DNA of 62,752 bases, filler included. It is 5 parts of 5 records of this genome, joined end to end, with 100 filler letters (N's around TTAATTAATTAA, not from the genome) between each part and the next. Parts side by side here need not be neighbours in the genome. Positions count along the whole stretch, not along the records: positions 1 to 9,863 come from SRR22947727_1632; positions 9,964 to 22,607 come from SRR22947727_1638; 3 more parts are not named here. One strand, 5' to 3'. Shown here one piece after another: positions 1 through 10,101 of this stretch (its first letter is position 1; each line of letters opens with the position of its first letter). The position numbers were made by a program, and so were the translations under genes. The notes beneath the pieces were generated by a model. The model was not told the DNA's origin, ran no database searches, and saw only the letters and a list, made by a program, of their open reading frames with translations.

Positions 1-2
1 TA

Positions 3-128
3 TATGGTGAAAATAATCATCATATGATTGAATCATGTTTTAAGGCTTTAGCTAGGAGTTTGAGACAAGCTGTTGCTATAGACGATAGAGTGTCTAACAA
101 TATACCATCTACAAAAGGCCAGCTGTAA
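3..128 (+). CDS. hisB: Imidazoleglycerol-phosphate dehydratase, C-terminal fragment (5' end outside window)
   Basis: Manual translation [24 protein letters not shown]...IPSTKGQL* contains the HisB NxHHxxE motif and PSTKG end; lies directly upstream of hisH. Confidence 0.95.
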   Translation, partial: YGENNHHMIESCFKALARSLRQAVAIDDRVSNNIPSTKGQL

Positions 129-184
129 GTGATAAAAACTATTTATTATAAAAAAAAAATCATTGAGTTAATTAAAATCATAAA

Positions 185-811
185 ATGAAAATTGCTATCA
201 TTAACTACGGTTATGGTAACCTTCATTCAGTTAATCAGGCATTTCAAAAAGCTAATAAAGATTTTGATTTAGATGCTAAAATTGAAGTTACAAATAAACC
301 TAATGAAATAGATACAGCTGATAAAATTGTCTTACCTGGAGTTGGTTCATTTTTTGATTGCTTGAGTGCTGTTAAGTCTATTGACGGGATTTTGGAGTCA
401 ATGCAAGATCAGGTTATTAATAAACAAAAAAAATTCATGGGCATTTGTGTTGGCATGCAACTACTAGCAGATATTGGCTATGAAAACGGAGAAAATGAAG
501 GTTTTCAATGGATATCAGGGTCTGTTGAAAAAATTCAAAATCAACCTGGTTATCAAATTCCACATATGGGTTGGAATAATGTTAATCATAAAAATAGTAA
601 ATTATTTAAAGATATTGATGATGGGTCAGACTTTTATTTTGTTCATAGTTATGAATTTAAGACTAATAGTGAAAATATAATAGCAACCACAAATTATATT
701 TCAGAAATCACCGCAGCTATTAAAAAAGATAATATCTTTGGGACTCAATTTCATCCAGAAAAGAGTCATAAAAATGGACAACAATTAATTAAAAATTTTA
801 TTGATTGGTAA
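185..811 (+). CDS. hisH: Imidazole glycerol phosphate synthase, glutaminase subunit
   Basis: LPGVG, GICVGMQ, PHMGWN, YFVHSY and QFHPEKS class I amidotransferase motifs in his context. Confidence 0.97.
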   Translation: MKIAIINYGYGNLHSVNQAFQKANKDFDLDAKIEVTNKPNEIDTADKIVLPGVGSFFDCLSAVKSIDGILESMQDQVINKQKKFMGICVGMQLLADIGYENGENEGFQWISGSVEKIQNQPGYQIPHMGWNNVNHKNSKLFKDIDDGSDFYFVHSYEFKTNSENIIATTNYISEITAAIKKDNIFGTQFHPEKSHKNGQQLIKNFIDW

Positions 812-814
812 GGT

Positions 815-1537
815 ATGATTTTATTTCCCGCTATAGATTTAAAAAATGGTCAATGTGTAAGGTTATCCCAAGGTGATGCAGATAGAGTTAAAGTTTATAA
901 TTCTGATCCCCTAGACCAAGCAAAATTTTTTGAAAAAAATGGTGTTGAGTGGTTACACTGTATTGATCTTGATGGAGCATTTAATGGGATTTCAAAAAAT
1001 TTAGAGTTTATTGAGTCAATTGCTAAAAATACTAATTTAAAGATCCAGTTTGGAGGCGGTGTTAGAGACGAGGCAAAAGTTAAATATCTTCTAGAATTAG
1101 GAGTAGCTAATATAATAATGGGAACATCAGCAATAGAGAATCTAAACTTATTTAAAAAATTAATTTCGAGCTATCCTAATCAAGTTTCATTAGCTCTAGA
1201 TATAAAAAATAATCTTGTTTCTACTAAGGGCTGGGTTGAACAAGTTAAATTAAATCTAAATGACTTATTTAGTGAACTAAATCCACTTCCTTTGAACTCT
1301 GTAATATGTACAGATGTTATGAGAGATGGAATGAAAAAAGGAGTTAATATTGAGATGTTAGAAAATATAATGTCATTGTCAAACGCACCATGCGTTGCTT
1401 CAGGTGGCATTGCATCTTTGGCAGATTTAATTGAGTTAAAAGACAAAAACTATAGTAATCTCAAAGGTGTAATTGCAGGAAAAGCTATATATGATAATGA
1501 GTTTTCGATTATTGATGCAATCAAAGCTTTAAAATAA
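815..1537 (+). CDS. hisA: ProFAR isomerase
   Basis: [13 protein letters not shown] start, DLDGA, GGGVR and ASGGI motifs. Confidence 0.97.
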   Translation: MILFPAIDLKNGQCVRLSQGDADRVKVYNSDPLDQAKFFEKNGVEWLHCIDLDGAFNGISKNLEFIESIAKNTNLKIQFGGGVRDEAKVKYLLELGVANIIMGTSAIENLNLFKKLISSYPNQVSLALDIKNNLVSTKGWVEQVKLNLNDLFSELNPLPLNSVICTDVMRDGMKKGVNIEMLENIMSLSNAPCVASGGIASLADLIELKDKNYSNLKGVIAGKAIYDNEFSIIDAIKALK

Positions 1538-1539
1538 AG

Positions 1540-2298
1540 ATGTTAAAAAAAAGAATTATACCTTGTTTAGATGTTGATAATGGGAGAGTTGTTAAAGGTG
1601 TTAACTTTGTAGATTTAGTAGATGCCGGAGATCCTGTCGAACAGGCAAAACTATATGACGCGGAGGGTGCCGATGAGCTTTGTTTTTTAGATATTACTGC
1701 AACAAGCGACAATAGGCAGACTTTACTTGATACTGTACAAAAAACTGCTGAAAACTGCTTTATTCCACTTACAGTTGGTGGGGGTGTTAGAAAAATTTGT
1801 GATATCCAAAATTTATTACATGCTGGTGCAGATAAAGTTTCAATTAATACCACTGCAGTAACTAATAGAAATTTTGTTAAAGAGGCGGCAGAAAAATATG
1901 GAACTTCAACAATAGTGATAGCAGTTGATGCAAAGAATACCTCTCAAAAAAGTTGGGAAGTCTTTACTCATGGTGGAAGAAACGCTACAGGTATTGATGT
2001 TGTTGATTATTGCAATGAAGTTGCAAGTTTAGGAGCAGGAGAAATCCTTTTAACATCGATGGATAAAGATGGCACAAAATCTGGATTTGATATTGAGTTA
2101 TTAAAGAAAATTACTTCAAGTGTTAATATTCCAGTAATTGCCTCAGGAGGAGTAGGGACATTAGAGCATTTTGCAGAGGGTATATTGCAAGGAGGTGTAA
2201 ATAGCGTACTTGCAGCCTCAGTGTTTCACTTTGGTCAATTCAAAATACAGGATGTTAAAAGATATCTTGCTGATAAAAATATACCAGTTAGGATTTAG
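1540..2298 (+). CDS. hisF: Imidazole glycerol phosphate synthase, cyclase subunit
   Basis: [43 protein letters not shown]. Confidence 0.98.
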   Translation: MLKKRIIPCLDVDNGRVVKGVNFVDLVDAGDPVEQAKLYDAEGADELCFLDITATSDNRQTLLDTVQKTAENCFIPLTVGGGVRKICDIQNLLHAGADKVSINTTAVTNRNFVKEAAEKYGTSTIVIAVDAKNTSQKSWEVFTHGGRNATGIDVVDYCNEVASLGAGEILLTSMDKDGTKSGFDIELLKKITSSVNIPVIASGGVGTLEHFAEGILQGGVNSVLAASVFHFGQFKIQDVKRYLADKNIPVRI

Positions 2299-2300
2299 AT

Positions 2301-2588
2301 ATGAAGGGATATTGGATAGTAAAAGCTAATACAATAAATGCTGCAAAGCAAAATGAGTATGCTCCGCTAGCCTCAATCGCTGTAAAAAAATACGGTGGCA
2401 AATATTTAGTAAGGGGTGGCGAAAATATTACTAAAGAAGGCTTAGAATATGAACGCAATGTTGTAATTGAATTTGACTCATATCAATTAGCACAAGAGGC
2501 TTATGCAAGTGAAGAATATAATTACGCTAAGTCTATCTTAGGTGATGATAAGGATAGAATCTTAACTATAGTTGAGGGTGCTGAATAG
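2301..2588 (+). CDS. DUF1330 family protein
   Basis: 95 aa; KGYWIV start, KYGGKYLVRGG, VVIEFDS..A..AY.S.EY pattern, IVEG end. Confidence 0.85.
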   Translation: MKGYWIVKANTINAAKQNEYAPLASIAVKKYGGKYLVRGGENITKEGLEYERNVVIEFDSYQLAQEAYASEEYNYAKSILGDDKDRILTIVEGAE

Positions 2589-2896
2589 TGAGTTCTAAAA
2601 TAAATATTTTGATTCGCTTATTCGAAACAATCGAGAAAAGAGCAAATGAAGACCCAACAACAAGTTACACTGCTCAATTATTATCAGAAGGTAAAGAAAA
2701 GTGTATTGCTAAAGTTAGAGAAGAAGCCTTTGAAACAGTTGAGGCTGCTGAACAAGAAGATATTAGTCAAATAATTTATGAGTCGGCTGATTTAATTTAC
2801 CATCTATTAGTAATGTGGAAAAAATTTGATTTAACACCAGACGATATATATTCAGAATTAGAAAGCCGAGAAGGTAAAACAGGAATTAGGCAATGA
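2588..2896 (+). CDS. hisE: Phosphoribosyl-ATP diphosphatase
   Basis: SYTAQLL, KVREEAFE, ESADLIYHLLV motifs; GTG start overlaps the previous stop. Confidence 0.95.
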   Translation: MSSKINILIRLFETIEKRANEDPTTSYTAQLLSEGKEKCIAKVREEAFETVEAAEQEDISQIIYESADLIYHLLVMWKKFDLTPDDIYSELESREGKTGIRQ

Positions 2897-3273
2897 GTAG
2901 CTATGATGAGCAAAACATATTTGCTAAAATTTTACGTGGAGAAATACCATGTGAAAAGATTTATGAAGATGAGTATGTATTGTCATTTAAAGATGTAAAT
3001 CCTCAAGCACCATCTCATACACTAATTATTCCTAAAGGAGCATATGAAGATATCAATGATTTTTCAGAAAATGCAACTAATGAAGAGATTGTTGGCTTTA
3101 ATAAAGCTATTCCAATTGTAGCTTATAAGCTTGGTATTAGTGAAGACTCAGGTGGAAAAGGCTTTAGAATTATTTCAAATGCTGGTTCTGAAGCACACCA
3201 AACTGTTGCACATTTTCATATACATCTTCTTGCGGGTCGAAATCTTGGTCCCATGTTAGTTCCAATTAAATAA
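2893..3273 (+). CDS. Histidine triad (HIT) nucleotide-binding protein
   Basis: NIFAKILRGEIPC and QTVAHFHIHLLAG histidine triad. Confidence 0.95.
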   Translation: MSSYDEQNIFAKILRGEIPCEKIYEDEYVLSFKDVNPQAPSHTLIIPKGAYEDINDFSENATNEEIVGFNKAIPIVAYKLGISEDSGGKGFRIISNAGSEAHQTVAHFHIHLLAGRNLGPMLVPIK

Positions 3274-3315
3274 TATTTCATACCATTTTAATTTAATTCA
3301 TTTATTCTGCTTATC

Positions 3316-4122
3316 ATGAAACCAATTAGAATTATTGTTGCTGGTGCTTCAGGAAGAATGGGTCAAACAGTTATAAAAAAAATTATATCAAACAAATCTT
3401 TTAAGCTTGTAGGCGCAACTGAAGGCCCAGGAAATAAACTTTTAGGTAGTGATGTTAGTAAAGTAATTAAATCAAGAAAAATTGGTATAAACATTACTGA
3501 TGACATTGAGTCACTATTTGCTAAAGCTGATGCTATTATTGATTTTACTTTGCCAAAAGCCACATTAAAACATGTAGAACTTGCTTCTAAAAACAAAATA
3601 GTGCATGTCATTGGCACCACTGGATTTAGTCAAAAAGATGAAAAAAAAATTATTCTAGCTGCAAAAAAAGCTACCATTATTAAGTCTGGTAATATGAGTA
3701 TGGGAATAAACATACTTCAGCAAGTAATAAATAAAGCAGCTAGTTTATTTGACGAAACATTTGAAATTGAAATTTTAGAAACTCATCATAAACATAAAAT
3801 TGATGCACCATCAGGAACAGCTTTAATGCTAGGACAATCTATTGCTTCTGGAAAAAAGAAAAAATTAGATCAAATAAAAATTGTTAGTAAAACTGGAAGT
3901 AGAAAAAAAACTCAAAATGGTAAAATAACATTCAACTCATTTAGAAAAGGAAATGTTGTTGGTGATCATAAAGCAATCTTTAGTTCAAAAGATGAAGTTA
4001 TAGAATTAAGCCATGAAGCTTTAGATAGGGGAATTTTTGCAACTGGTGCTATTCAAGCTGCCAAGTGGGGTATTAATAAAAAAGCTGGTCTATATTCCAT
4101 GATTGATGTTTTAGAAAAATAA
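3316..4122 (+). CDS. dapB: 4-hydroxy-tetrahydrodipicolinate reductase
   Basis: GASGRMG, IDFT, GTTG, ETHHKHKIDAPSGTA. Confidence 0.97.
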   Translation: MKPIRIIVAGASGRMGQTVIKKIISNKSFKLVGATEGPGNKLLGSDVSKVIKSRKIGINITDDIESLFAKADAIIDFTLPKATLKHVELASKNKIVHVIGTTGFSQKDEKKIILAAKKATIIKSGNMSMGINILQQVINKAASLFDETFEIEILETHHKHKIDAPSGTALMLGQSIASGKKKKLDQIKIVSKTGSRKKTQNGKITFNSFRKGNVVGDHKAIFSSKDEVIELSHEALDRGIFATGAIQAAKWGINKKAGLYSMIDVLEK

Positions 4123-4126
4123 AGTT

Positions 4127-4855
4127 ATGGAAAAAAAAGTGGCATTAGTTATGGGAGCTGGAGATAATTTGGGCAGTGCTATCTCAAAATGTTTCGCAAA
4201 CGATGGTTATACTGTAGTAGCGGCAAGACGGAATGGAGAAAAATTAAATCTTATAAAAGATGAGATTGAAGCCAAGGGTGGAATTTTTCATGGTCATTCT
4301 ATAGATGCTAGAAAAGAAGACGATGTTGTTAAGTTTATAAAAGATATTGAAGCAAATATTGGTGCAATTGAAGTAGCAATTTATAATATTGGTGGAAATA
4401 TTAAATTTGGTATTACAGAAACCACTTCTCAAAAGTATTATAAAACATGGGAAATGGCTACATATGGAGCTTTTTTGACAGGTAGAGAAGTTGCCAAGTA
4501 CATGATTAAAAGAAAAAGTGGCACAATAATATTTACTGGTGCAACTGCAAGTTTGCGCGGTGGCGATGGTTATTCAGCTTTTTCTGGTGCAAAGCACGCA
4601 AAAAGATCTCTTGCTCAAAGTATGGCAAGAGAGCTTGGTCCTCAAGGTATTCATGTAGCACATGTTGTAATTGATGGAGCTATTGATACTCCATGGATTA
4701 AAGAACTATTTACTGATTTTTATAATGAAAAAAAAGACCTTGATGGGCTAATGAATCCAAACGATATTGCAAATAATTACCTATGGTTACATAAACAACC
4801 ACGTAATGCTTGGACACATGAAATTGATTTAAGGCCTTGGATAGAAAAATGGTAA
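4127..4855 (+). CDS. Short-chain dehydrogenase/reductase
   Basis: GAGDNLG Rossmann motif, FTGATASLRG, HVAHVVIDG, WTHEIDLRP..EKW end. Confidence 0.9.
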   Translation: MEKKVALVMGAGDNLGSAISKCFANDGYTVVAARRNGEKLNLIKDEIEAKGGIFHGHSIDARKEDDVVKFIKDIEANIGAIEVAIYNIGGNIKFGITETTSQKYYKTWEMATYGAFLTGREVAKYMIKRKSGTIIFTGATASLRGGDGYSAFSGAKHAKRSLAQSMARELGPQGIHVAHVVIDGAIDTPWIKELFTDFYNEKKDLDGLMNPNDIANNYLWLHKQPRNAWTHEIDLRPWIEKW

Positions 4856-5811
4856 TGCAGAAAAATAAAAAGTACGACATTGTTGGCATTGGTAATGCAA
4901 TTGTAGATCTAATAGCTGAAGTCGATGACTCATATTTAAAAAAAAATACAATAACTAAAGGATCAATGTCATTAGTCGATTATGAAGTTGTGAATAGAAT
5001 TGGTAATGAAGTTAATATCATAAGATCGATTTCTGGAGGCTCTGTTGCTAACTCAATAGTAAGTATTGCACAACAAAATTTAAAAACTGCATTTATTGGC
5101 AAAGTTAATCAGGATGAATTAGGTGAAAAATTTTCTCAAGGTTTAAAAAAAGAAAAAGTTGAATTTAAAATTACAAAATCATCTACTAATAAGTATACAG
5201 CACGTTGTGTAATTTTAGTCTCAACAGATGCTGAAAGAACTATGAATACCTATCTTGGTATATCTCAAGAATTAACAGAAGAAGATATTGATATGGGAAT
5301 TATCTCGAATTCTTCTATTTTATATTTAGAGGGTTATCTGTGGGATTTAGATAATGCAAAAAAGGCAATTAAAAAATCAATTTCAGCTGCAAAAAGTTCA
5401 GAAACAATAGTGGCCTTTAGTATCTCAGATGCATTCTGTGTGGATCGTTTTAGGGAAGAGTTTATTGATTTAATTAATAATTCAGCGGATCTAATTTTTG
5501 CAAATGAAGCTGAAATAAAAAGTTTGTATGAAACAAGTGATATAAATATTGCTATAAAAAAATGTCAGGAAACTAATAAAATATTTGCTGTAACGCTTGG
5601 TGATAAGGGTGCTAAAGTAATTCATAAGAATGAAGTAATTGATATAAAATCTGAAATTATAGAAAAATTAGTTGATACAACAGGTGCAGGAGATCTGTTT
5701 GCAGCAGGATTTTTGACTGAATACATAAGAACTCAAGACTTAGAATCTTGTGGAAAAGAAGGAGTTAAAATGGCTTCTATAATAATTCAAAAATTTGGAG
5801 CAAGGCTATAA
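4855..5811 (+). CDS. PfkB-family sugar/nucleoside (adenosine) kinase
   Basis: GIGNAIVD, SGGSVAN, ERTMNTYLG, FANEAE, DTTGAGDLFAAGF; start placed at the ATG overlapping the SDR stop (TAATG). Confidence 0.92.
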   Translation: MQKNKKYDIVGIGNAIVDLIAEVDDSYLKKNTITKGSMSLVDYEVVNRIGNEVNIIRSISGGSVANSIVSIAQQNLKTAFIGKVNQDELGEKFSQGLKKEKVEFKITKSSTNKYTARCVILVSTDAERTMNTYLGISQELTEEDIDMGIISNSSILYLEGYLWDLDNAKKAIKKSISAAKSSETIVAFSISDAFCVDRFREEFIDLINNSADLIFANEAEIKSLYETSDINIAIKKCQETNKIFAVTLGDKGAKVIHKNEVIDIKSEIIEKLVDTTGAGDLFAAGFLTEYIRTQDLESCGKEGVKMASIIIQKFGARL

Positions 5812-5816
5812 AAACC

Positions 5817-6713
5817 ATGAACAGTAAAGTTACAATAGTTTCTGGTGGTGATAGTGGATATTTTGATCTACTTAAAGAATTATTAGCATCCCTAAAAGAA
5901 TTAAATCTTAATGAAGATTTTAAGATATCATTTTTAGATGGTGGACTTAAAAAAGATGAAAAATCTTATTTTCTTTCTATGGGAGTAATTGTAGTAGACC
6001 CTGGATGGCCAGATAAAATTTTTAAATTGAGAGCTCGAAAAAAAGAATTTTTAAAAGTTGAAATAGCAAAAGCCCATCTTGATCAATTATTTCCTAATAC
6101 TGAACATATAATCTGGATAGATGCTGATGCCTGGCTTCAAAATATCGAAGCTTTAAAAATCATGTTGACTATTACCAAAAAAAACAAGCTTGCAATTTAT
6201 TCACAAGCCTCAAGACTTCAAGAACATCATATTCAATATAAAAGAATATTTAGCTCTATGGTCATATTAAGAAATGCTCTTTATAAAACTGCAATAAAAG
6301 GTGGATTAAGTAAAAAAATAAAAGATTCTCTAATTGCAAGACCAACATTGAATGCAGGAATATTTGCACTTTGTAGTAGTGCCCCACACTGGGAAAGATT
6401 GAAATTTTGGCAAAAAAAATTATTAAATAATCCAAGAATAAGAATATTTTCAACTACTCAATTAGCTTTGGGAATTATAACTTATTATGAGAAGATGCAA
6501 TATGAGCCACTTCCAGAGATATGCAATTATATGGGTCCATATAGATGGTCCAATAAACTAAATTTATTTACACATGTATATGCACCATATGAACCAATAA
6601 GTATAATTCATATGGCGGGGCTAGCAGAGATGAGAAAAAACAAACTTCATACTGAAGAAGTACTTGATGAAAATGATAATGTTATTAGAAAATCTCTAAG
6701 ATTTAAATTATGA
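5817..6713 (+). CDS. Putative GT-A fold glycosyltransferase (GT8-like)
   Basis: IIWIDADAW DxD motif, LNAGIF, CNY and IIHMAG motifs resembling GT8-type enzymes. Confidence 0.65.
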   Translation: MNSKVTIVSGGDSGYFDLLKELLASLKELNLNEDFKISFLDGGLKKDEKSYFLSMGVIVVDPGWPDKIFKLRARKKEFLKVEIAKAHLDQLFPNTEHIIWIDADAWLQNIEALKIMLTITKKNKLAIYSQASRLQEHHIQYKRIFSSMVILRNALYKTAIKGGLSKKIKDSLIARPTLNAGIFALCSSAPHWERLKFWQKKLLNNPRIRIFSTTQLALGIITYYEKMQYEPLPEICNYMGPYRWSNKLNLFTHVYAPYEPISIIHMAGLAEMRKNKLHTEEVLDENDNVIRKSLRFKL

Positions 6714-6776
6714 GATATCTTTTACCAGAGCAATTATTTAGGCAAATATTCGTTGAATTATAAAAAATAATTTTTA

Positions 6777-7784
6777 TTATTCTTCGGAAATCTTTACAAT
6801 CATTTTACCATTATTTTCTCCTGAAAATAGCATTTTGAGACTGGAAACCGCATTCTCTAAACCATCAACTATGTGGTTTTTATGCTGTAATTTGCCTTCT
6901 GCCATCCATTTTGACATATCAACAAAAGCCTCTTTAGCTCTTGCTTGATAATCAAAAACTATAAACCCTTGAACCTTTAATCTTTTAACAAGTATGTTAA
7001 TCCAGTTGCGCGGGCCTGGTTGCAAAGTTTCACTATTATAGCCGGATATTTGGCCACAAATGCTCATTCTACCACCAATATTAAATCTATTAATTACAGC
7101 TTCTGTAATTTCGCCTCCAACATTATCAAAATACATATCAATTCCGTCGGGGCAAAGTTCTTTAAGTGTAGAATTTAAATTATCAGTTTTATAGTTAATA
7201 ACGCCATCAACATTTAAATCATTTTTTAACCAACTACATTTCTCTTCTGTGCCTGCAATACCTATAACTCTACAACCTTTAATTTTTGCAATTTGAGATA
7301 CCAGTGAGCCTACGGCACCAGCGGCACCAGACACAACTATGGTTTCATTCTCTTTAGGTTTTAATATATCTAGCAAACCAAAATAAGCAGTCATACCCGG
7401 CATTCCCATTACACTTAAAAATGAAGGTAGTTCTAAACCTGTATTAAGAGGAATTACTCTTAGTCCTTTCCCATTATTAATGCAATATTCTTGCCAACCA
7501 CCTTGATACTGAACTACATCACCTGTCTTAAATTTTTCATTTTTTGACTCTTCTATTATTCCAATAGTACCGCCCCTCATGATGTCACCAATTTGCATAG
7601 CATCAACATACGATGCTTTACCACTCATCCAACCTCTGTTGGCTGGATCAAGTGAAAGATAGATGTTTTTAATTAATACTTCACCATCATTGATCCCAGC
7701 AAGATTTGAATCTTTAAAAATTAAATCATTATCTTTAATTTCACCTACTGGAAATGAGTTTAGTATCCATTGTTTATTTTGCAT
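6777..7784 (-). CDS. NADP-dependent oxidoreductase (MDR superfamily, prostaglandin reductase/CurA-like)
   Basis: YLSLDPANRGWM, GMPGMTAYFGL, VSGAAGAVGS, YFDNVGG, CGQISGYN, GENNGKMIV. Confidence 0.92.
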   Translation of the reverse strand: MQNKQWILNSFPVGEIKDNDLIFKDSNLAGINDGEVLIKNIYLSLDPANRGWMSGKASYVDAMQIGDIMRGGTIGIIEESKNEKFKTGDVVQYQGGWQEYCINNGKGLRVIPLNTGLELPSFLSVMGMPGMTAYFGLLDILKPKENETIVVSGAAGAVGSLVSQIAKIKGCRVIGIAGTEEKCSWLKNDLNVDGVINYKTDNLNSTLKELCPDGIDMYFDNVGGEITEAVINRFNIGGRMSICGQISGYNSETLQPGPRNWINILVKRLKVQGFIVFDYQARAKEAFVDMSKWMAEGKLQHKNHIVDGLENAVSSLKMLFSGENNGKMIVKISEE

Positions 7785-7799
7785 TTTTTTATCCTAACT

Positions 7800-8249
7800 T
7801 TATTTTTTACTTAATATTGATGCTCTTGAAGTTGGCATATCGACAATAACTGCTGTAGATGTAGCAGTCACTACAATTCTATCATCTTGTTTTAAGTGAC
7901 CTTCTAAAAAAACTAAATTTTTTCCTGATTTAACTATACGACCATATCCATATGCTTTTCCAGCTTTTGTCGGATATAAAAAGTTAGTTTTTATCTCTAT
8001 TGTTGGTGGTCTTTTAGTAAATTGAGTTTTAAATATAAATGCAAGTGCCATAGTATCATCAATCATACCTGATAGAAGTCCACCTTGTACATCCCCAGTT
8101 GGATTACAGTATTTCTGATCTATATCAAATTCAAATTGAATAGTTCCACTTTTAGTATCTAAATCTACGCATTTCATTGCATACAATGATTGAAAATTTT
8201 CATTTTTATTGTAAAGCTCAATTAATTGTTGGTCGGTAAATTTTGTCAT
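7800..8249 (-). CDS. PaaI-family thioesterase
   Basis: NPTGDVQGG..SGMIDD hot-dog motif, TIEIKTNFL, TATST. Confidence 0.88.
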   Translation of the reverse strand: MTKFTDQQLIELYNKNENFQSLYAMKCVDLDTKSGTIQFEFDIDQKYCNPTGDVQGGLLSGMIDDTMALAFIFKTQFTKRPPTIEIKTNFLYPTKAGKAYGYGRIVKSGKNLVFLEGHLKQDDRIVVTATSTAVIVDMPTSRASILSKK

Positions 8250-8257
8250 ATGAAATA

Positions 8258-9376
8258 TTATTTTTTAGATTTCCAAAAGTCTTTTGCTTTCTTAAAGTAT
8301 GCACTCTTAAGAGGCATTTCAGCTTCAGTAGATAGCTCTTGAAATGATTGGAGTAATTCTATTTGTTTTTTATTTAACTTAACAGGAGTTTCAAGTTTAG
8401 CTTGAATGTAAAGATCGCCTAGACTGGCCCCTCTAACACCAGGCATACCTTTTCCCTTAAGTCTAAATTGATCACCAGATTGAGTCCCGGCAGGTACTTT
8501 TAATCTAGCTTTGCCACCATCGATTGTTGGAACGTCTATAGTGCCACCAATACTTGCATCTATTATTGAAACTGGAACCTCAGAAAATAAATTATCATCT
8601 TCTCTAATGAATAAATTATGTCTATTTAGAGATACAAAGATGTATAAATCTCCTTGTTGACCACCATTTAATCCAGCTTCACCCTCTCCAGAAAGTCTTA
8701 TTCTTGATCCATCGTCAACACCCTTTGGAATATTAACCATCAATGATTTATTCTTTTGTATTCTTCCTGCTCCACGACAAGGTTTGCATGGATCAGAGAT
8801 TATTTCACCTTTGCCACGACATTGAGGGCAAGCTTGCTGAACAGAAAAAAATCCTTGTTGCGATCTTACTTGTCCACGACCATTACACATTGGACAAGAT
8901 GATGGAGAACTTCCTTTTTTTGCCCCTGAGCCAGTACATTCATTACACTTTACCTGAGTTGGAATATCAATTTTTAATTTTTTACCATTAAAAGCTTCTT
9001 CTAAATTAATTGAAACCTCATATTGTAAGTCAGAGCCACGATTATTATTTCTTCCACCTCCACCTCCACCGAATGGAGATGAGTCACCAAAAAAATTTGA
9101 AAATATATCTTCAAAAGAAAAATTGGAGTCAAAACCACCACCCATATTACCTTCAACCCCGGCATGTCCGAACTGATCATATGCAGCTTTCTTTTCTTTA
9201 TCAGATAAAATTCCATAGGCTTCACTAGCCTCTTTAAATTTCTGTTCGGCCTCTGGATTGTCTGGGTTTTGATCTGGGTGATATTGTTTAGCTAATTTAT
9301 AGTATGCTTTTTTCAAGTCAGCATCGCTTGCAGACTTATCTACATTTAAAACTTCGTAGTAATCTCTTTTAGACAT
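8258..9376 (-). CDS. dnaJ: Chaperone DnaJ
   Basis: J domain with HPD, G/F-rich region, four CxxCxGxG repeats. Confidence 0.98.
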   Translation of the reverse strand: MSKRDYYEVLNVDKSASDADLKKAYYKLAKQYHPDQNPDNPEAEQKFKEASEAYGILSDKEKKAAYDQFGHAGVEGNMGGGFDSNFSFEDIFSNFFGDSSPFGGGGGGRNNNRGSDLQYEVSINLEEAFNGKKLKIDIPTQVKCNECTGSGAKKGSSPSSCPMCNGRGQVRSQQGFFSVQQACPQCRGKGEIISDPCKPCRGAGRIQKNKSLMVNIPKGVDDGSRIRLSGEGEAGLNGGQQGDLYIFVSLNRHNLFIREDDNLFSEVPVSIIDASIGGTIDVPTIDGGKARLKVPAGTQSGDQFRLKGKGMPGVRGASLGDLYIQAKLETPVKLNKKQIELLQSFQELSTEAEMPLKSAYFKKAKDFWKSKK

Positions 9377-9395
9377 AAGCCCTCAATTTAAATGT

Positions 9396-9863
9396 TTAGG
9401 CTTGTTTAGTGTCTTCGTTTACTTCCTCAAAATCAGCATCAACAACATTCTCATCTTTTGGCTGCTCGCCATCATTACTAGGATTTGTTGCTCCCGCTGC
9501 AGCTTGTTGCTCTTTGTACATAGCTTCACCAAGTTTCATAGATGATTGAGTGAGTGTCTCAAGTGCAGATTTAATTTTTTCCAAATCTTCACTACCCACA
9601 ACATCTTTCAAAGCTTGAACATCTTTCTCTATTGCTGTTTTCTCATCTTCAGTAACTTTATCACCAAATTCAGCTAAGTTTTTTTCAGATGAATGAATCA
9701 TTGTGTCAGCTTGATTTTTAGCATCAACCAATTCTCTTTTCTTTTTATCTGTCTCGGCATTTGCCTCAGCATCTTTAACCATTTTTTCTATATCCTCATC
9801 ACTTAATCCACCAGATGCTTGAATTGTAATTTGTTGCTCTTTGCCAGTTCCTTTATCTTTAGC
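9396..9863 (-). CDS. dnaK: Chaperone DnaK, C-terminal part (cut by contig end)
   Basis: Frame reads [33 protein letters not shown]...VVDADFEEV; upstream of dnaJ. Confidence 0.97.
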   Translation of the reverse strand, partial: AKDKGTGKEQQITIQASGGLSDEDIEKMVKDAEANAETDKKKRELVDAKNQADTMIHSSEKNLAEFGDKVTEDEKTAIEKDVQALKDVVGSEDLEKIKSALETLTQSSMKLGEAMYKEQQAAAGATNPSNDGEQPKDENVVDADFEEVNEDTKQA

Positions 9864-9963
9864 NNNNNNNNNNNNNNNNNNNNNNNNNNNNNNNNNNNNN
9901 NNNNNNNTTAATTAATTAANNNNNNNNNNNNNNNNNNNNNNNNNNNNNNNNNNNNNNNNNNNN
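9864..9963. other. Artificial contig linker (N-run, TTAATTAATTAA, N-run)
   Basis: 100-bp spacer with stops in all six frames; the same design occurs four times. Confidence 0.97.
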
Positions 9964-10031
9964 GGTAGACGCGCGCGATTCAAAATCGCGTTCCTTCGGG
10001 AGTGCCTGTTCGACTCAGGCATGGGGCACCA
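9964..10031 (+). tRNA. tRNA-Leu(CAA), 5' end truncated by contig start
   Basis: D-loop end GGTAGAC, anticodon arm CGCGA-TTCAAAA-TCGCG, long variable arm TCC-TTCG-GGA, T arm GCCTG-TTCGACT-CAGGC, encoded ACCA end. Confidence 0.95.
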
Positions 10032-10101
10032 TAGATTTTTATATTTATAATTTGAATATTCTATCAATTGTTAATCATTCAGTAATAACTATAATCGTGC
10101 A

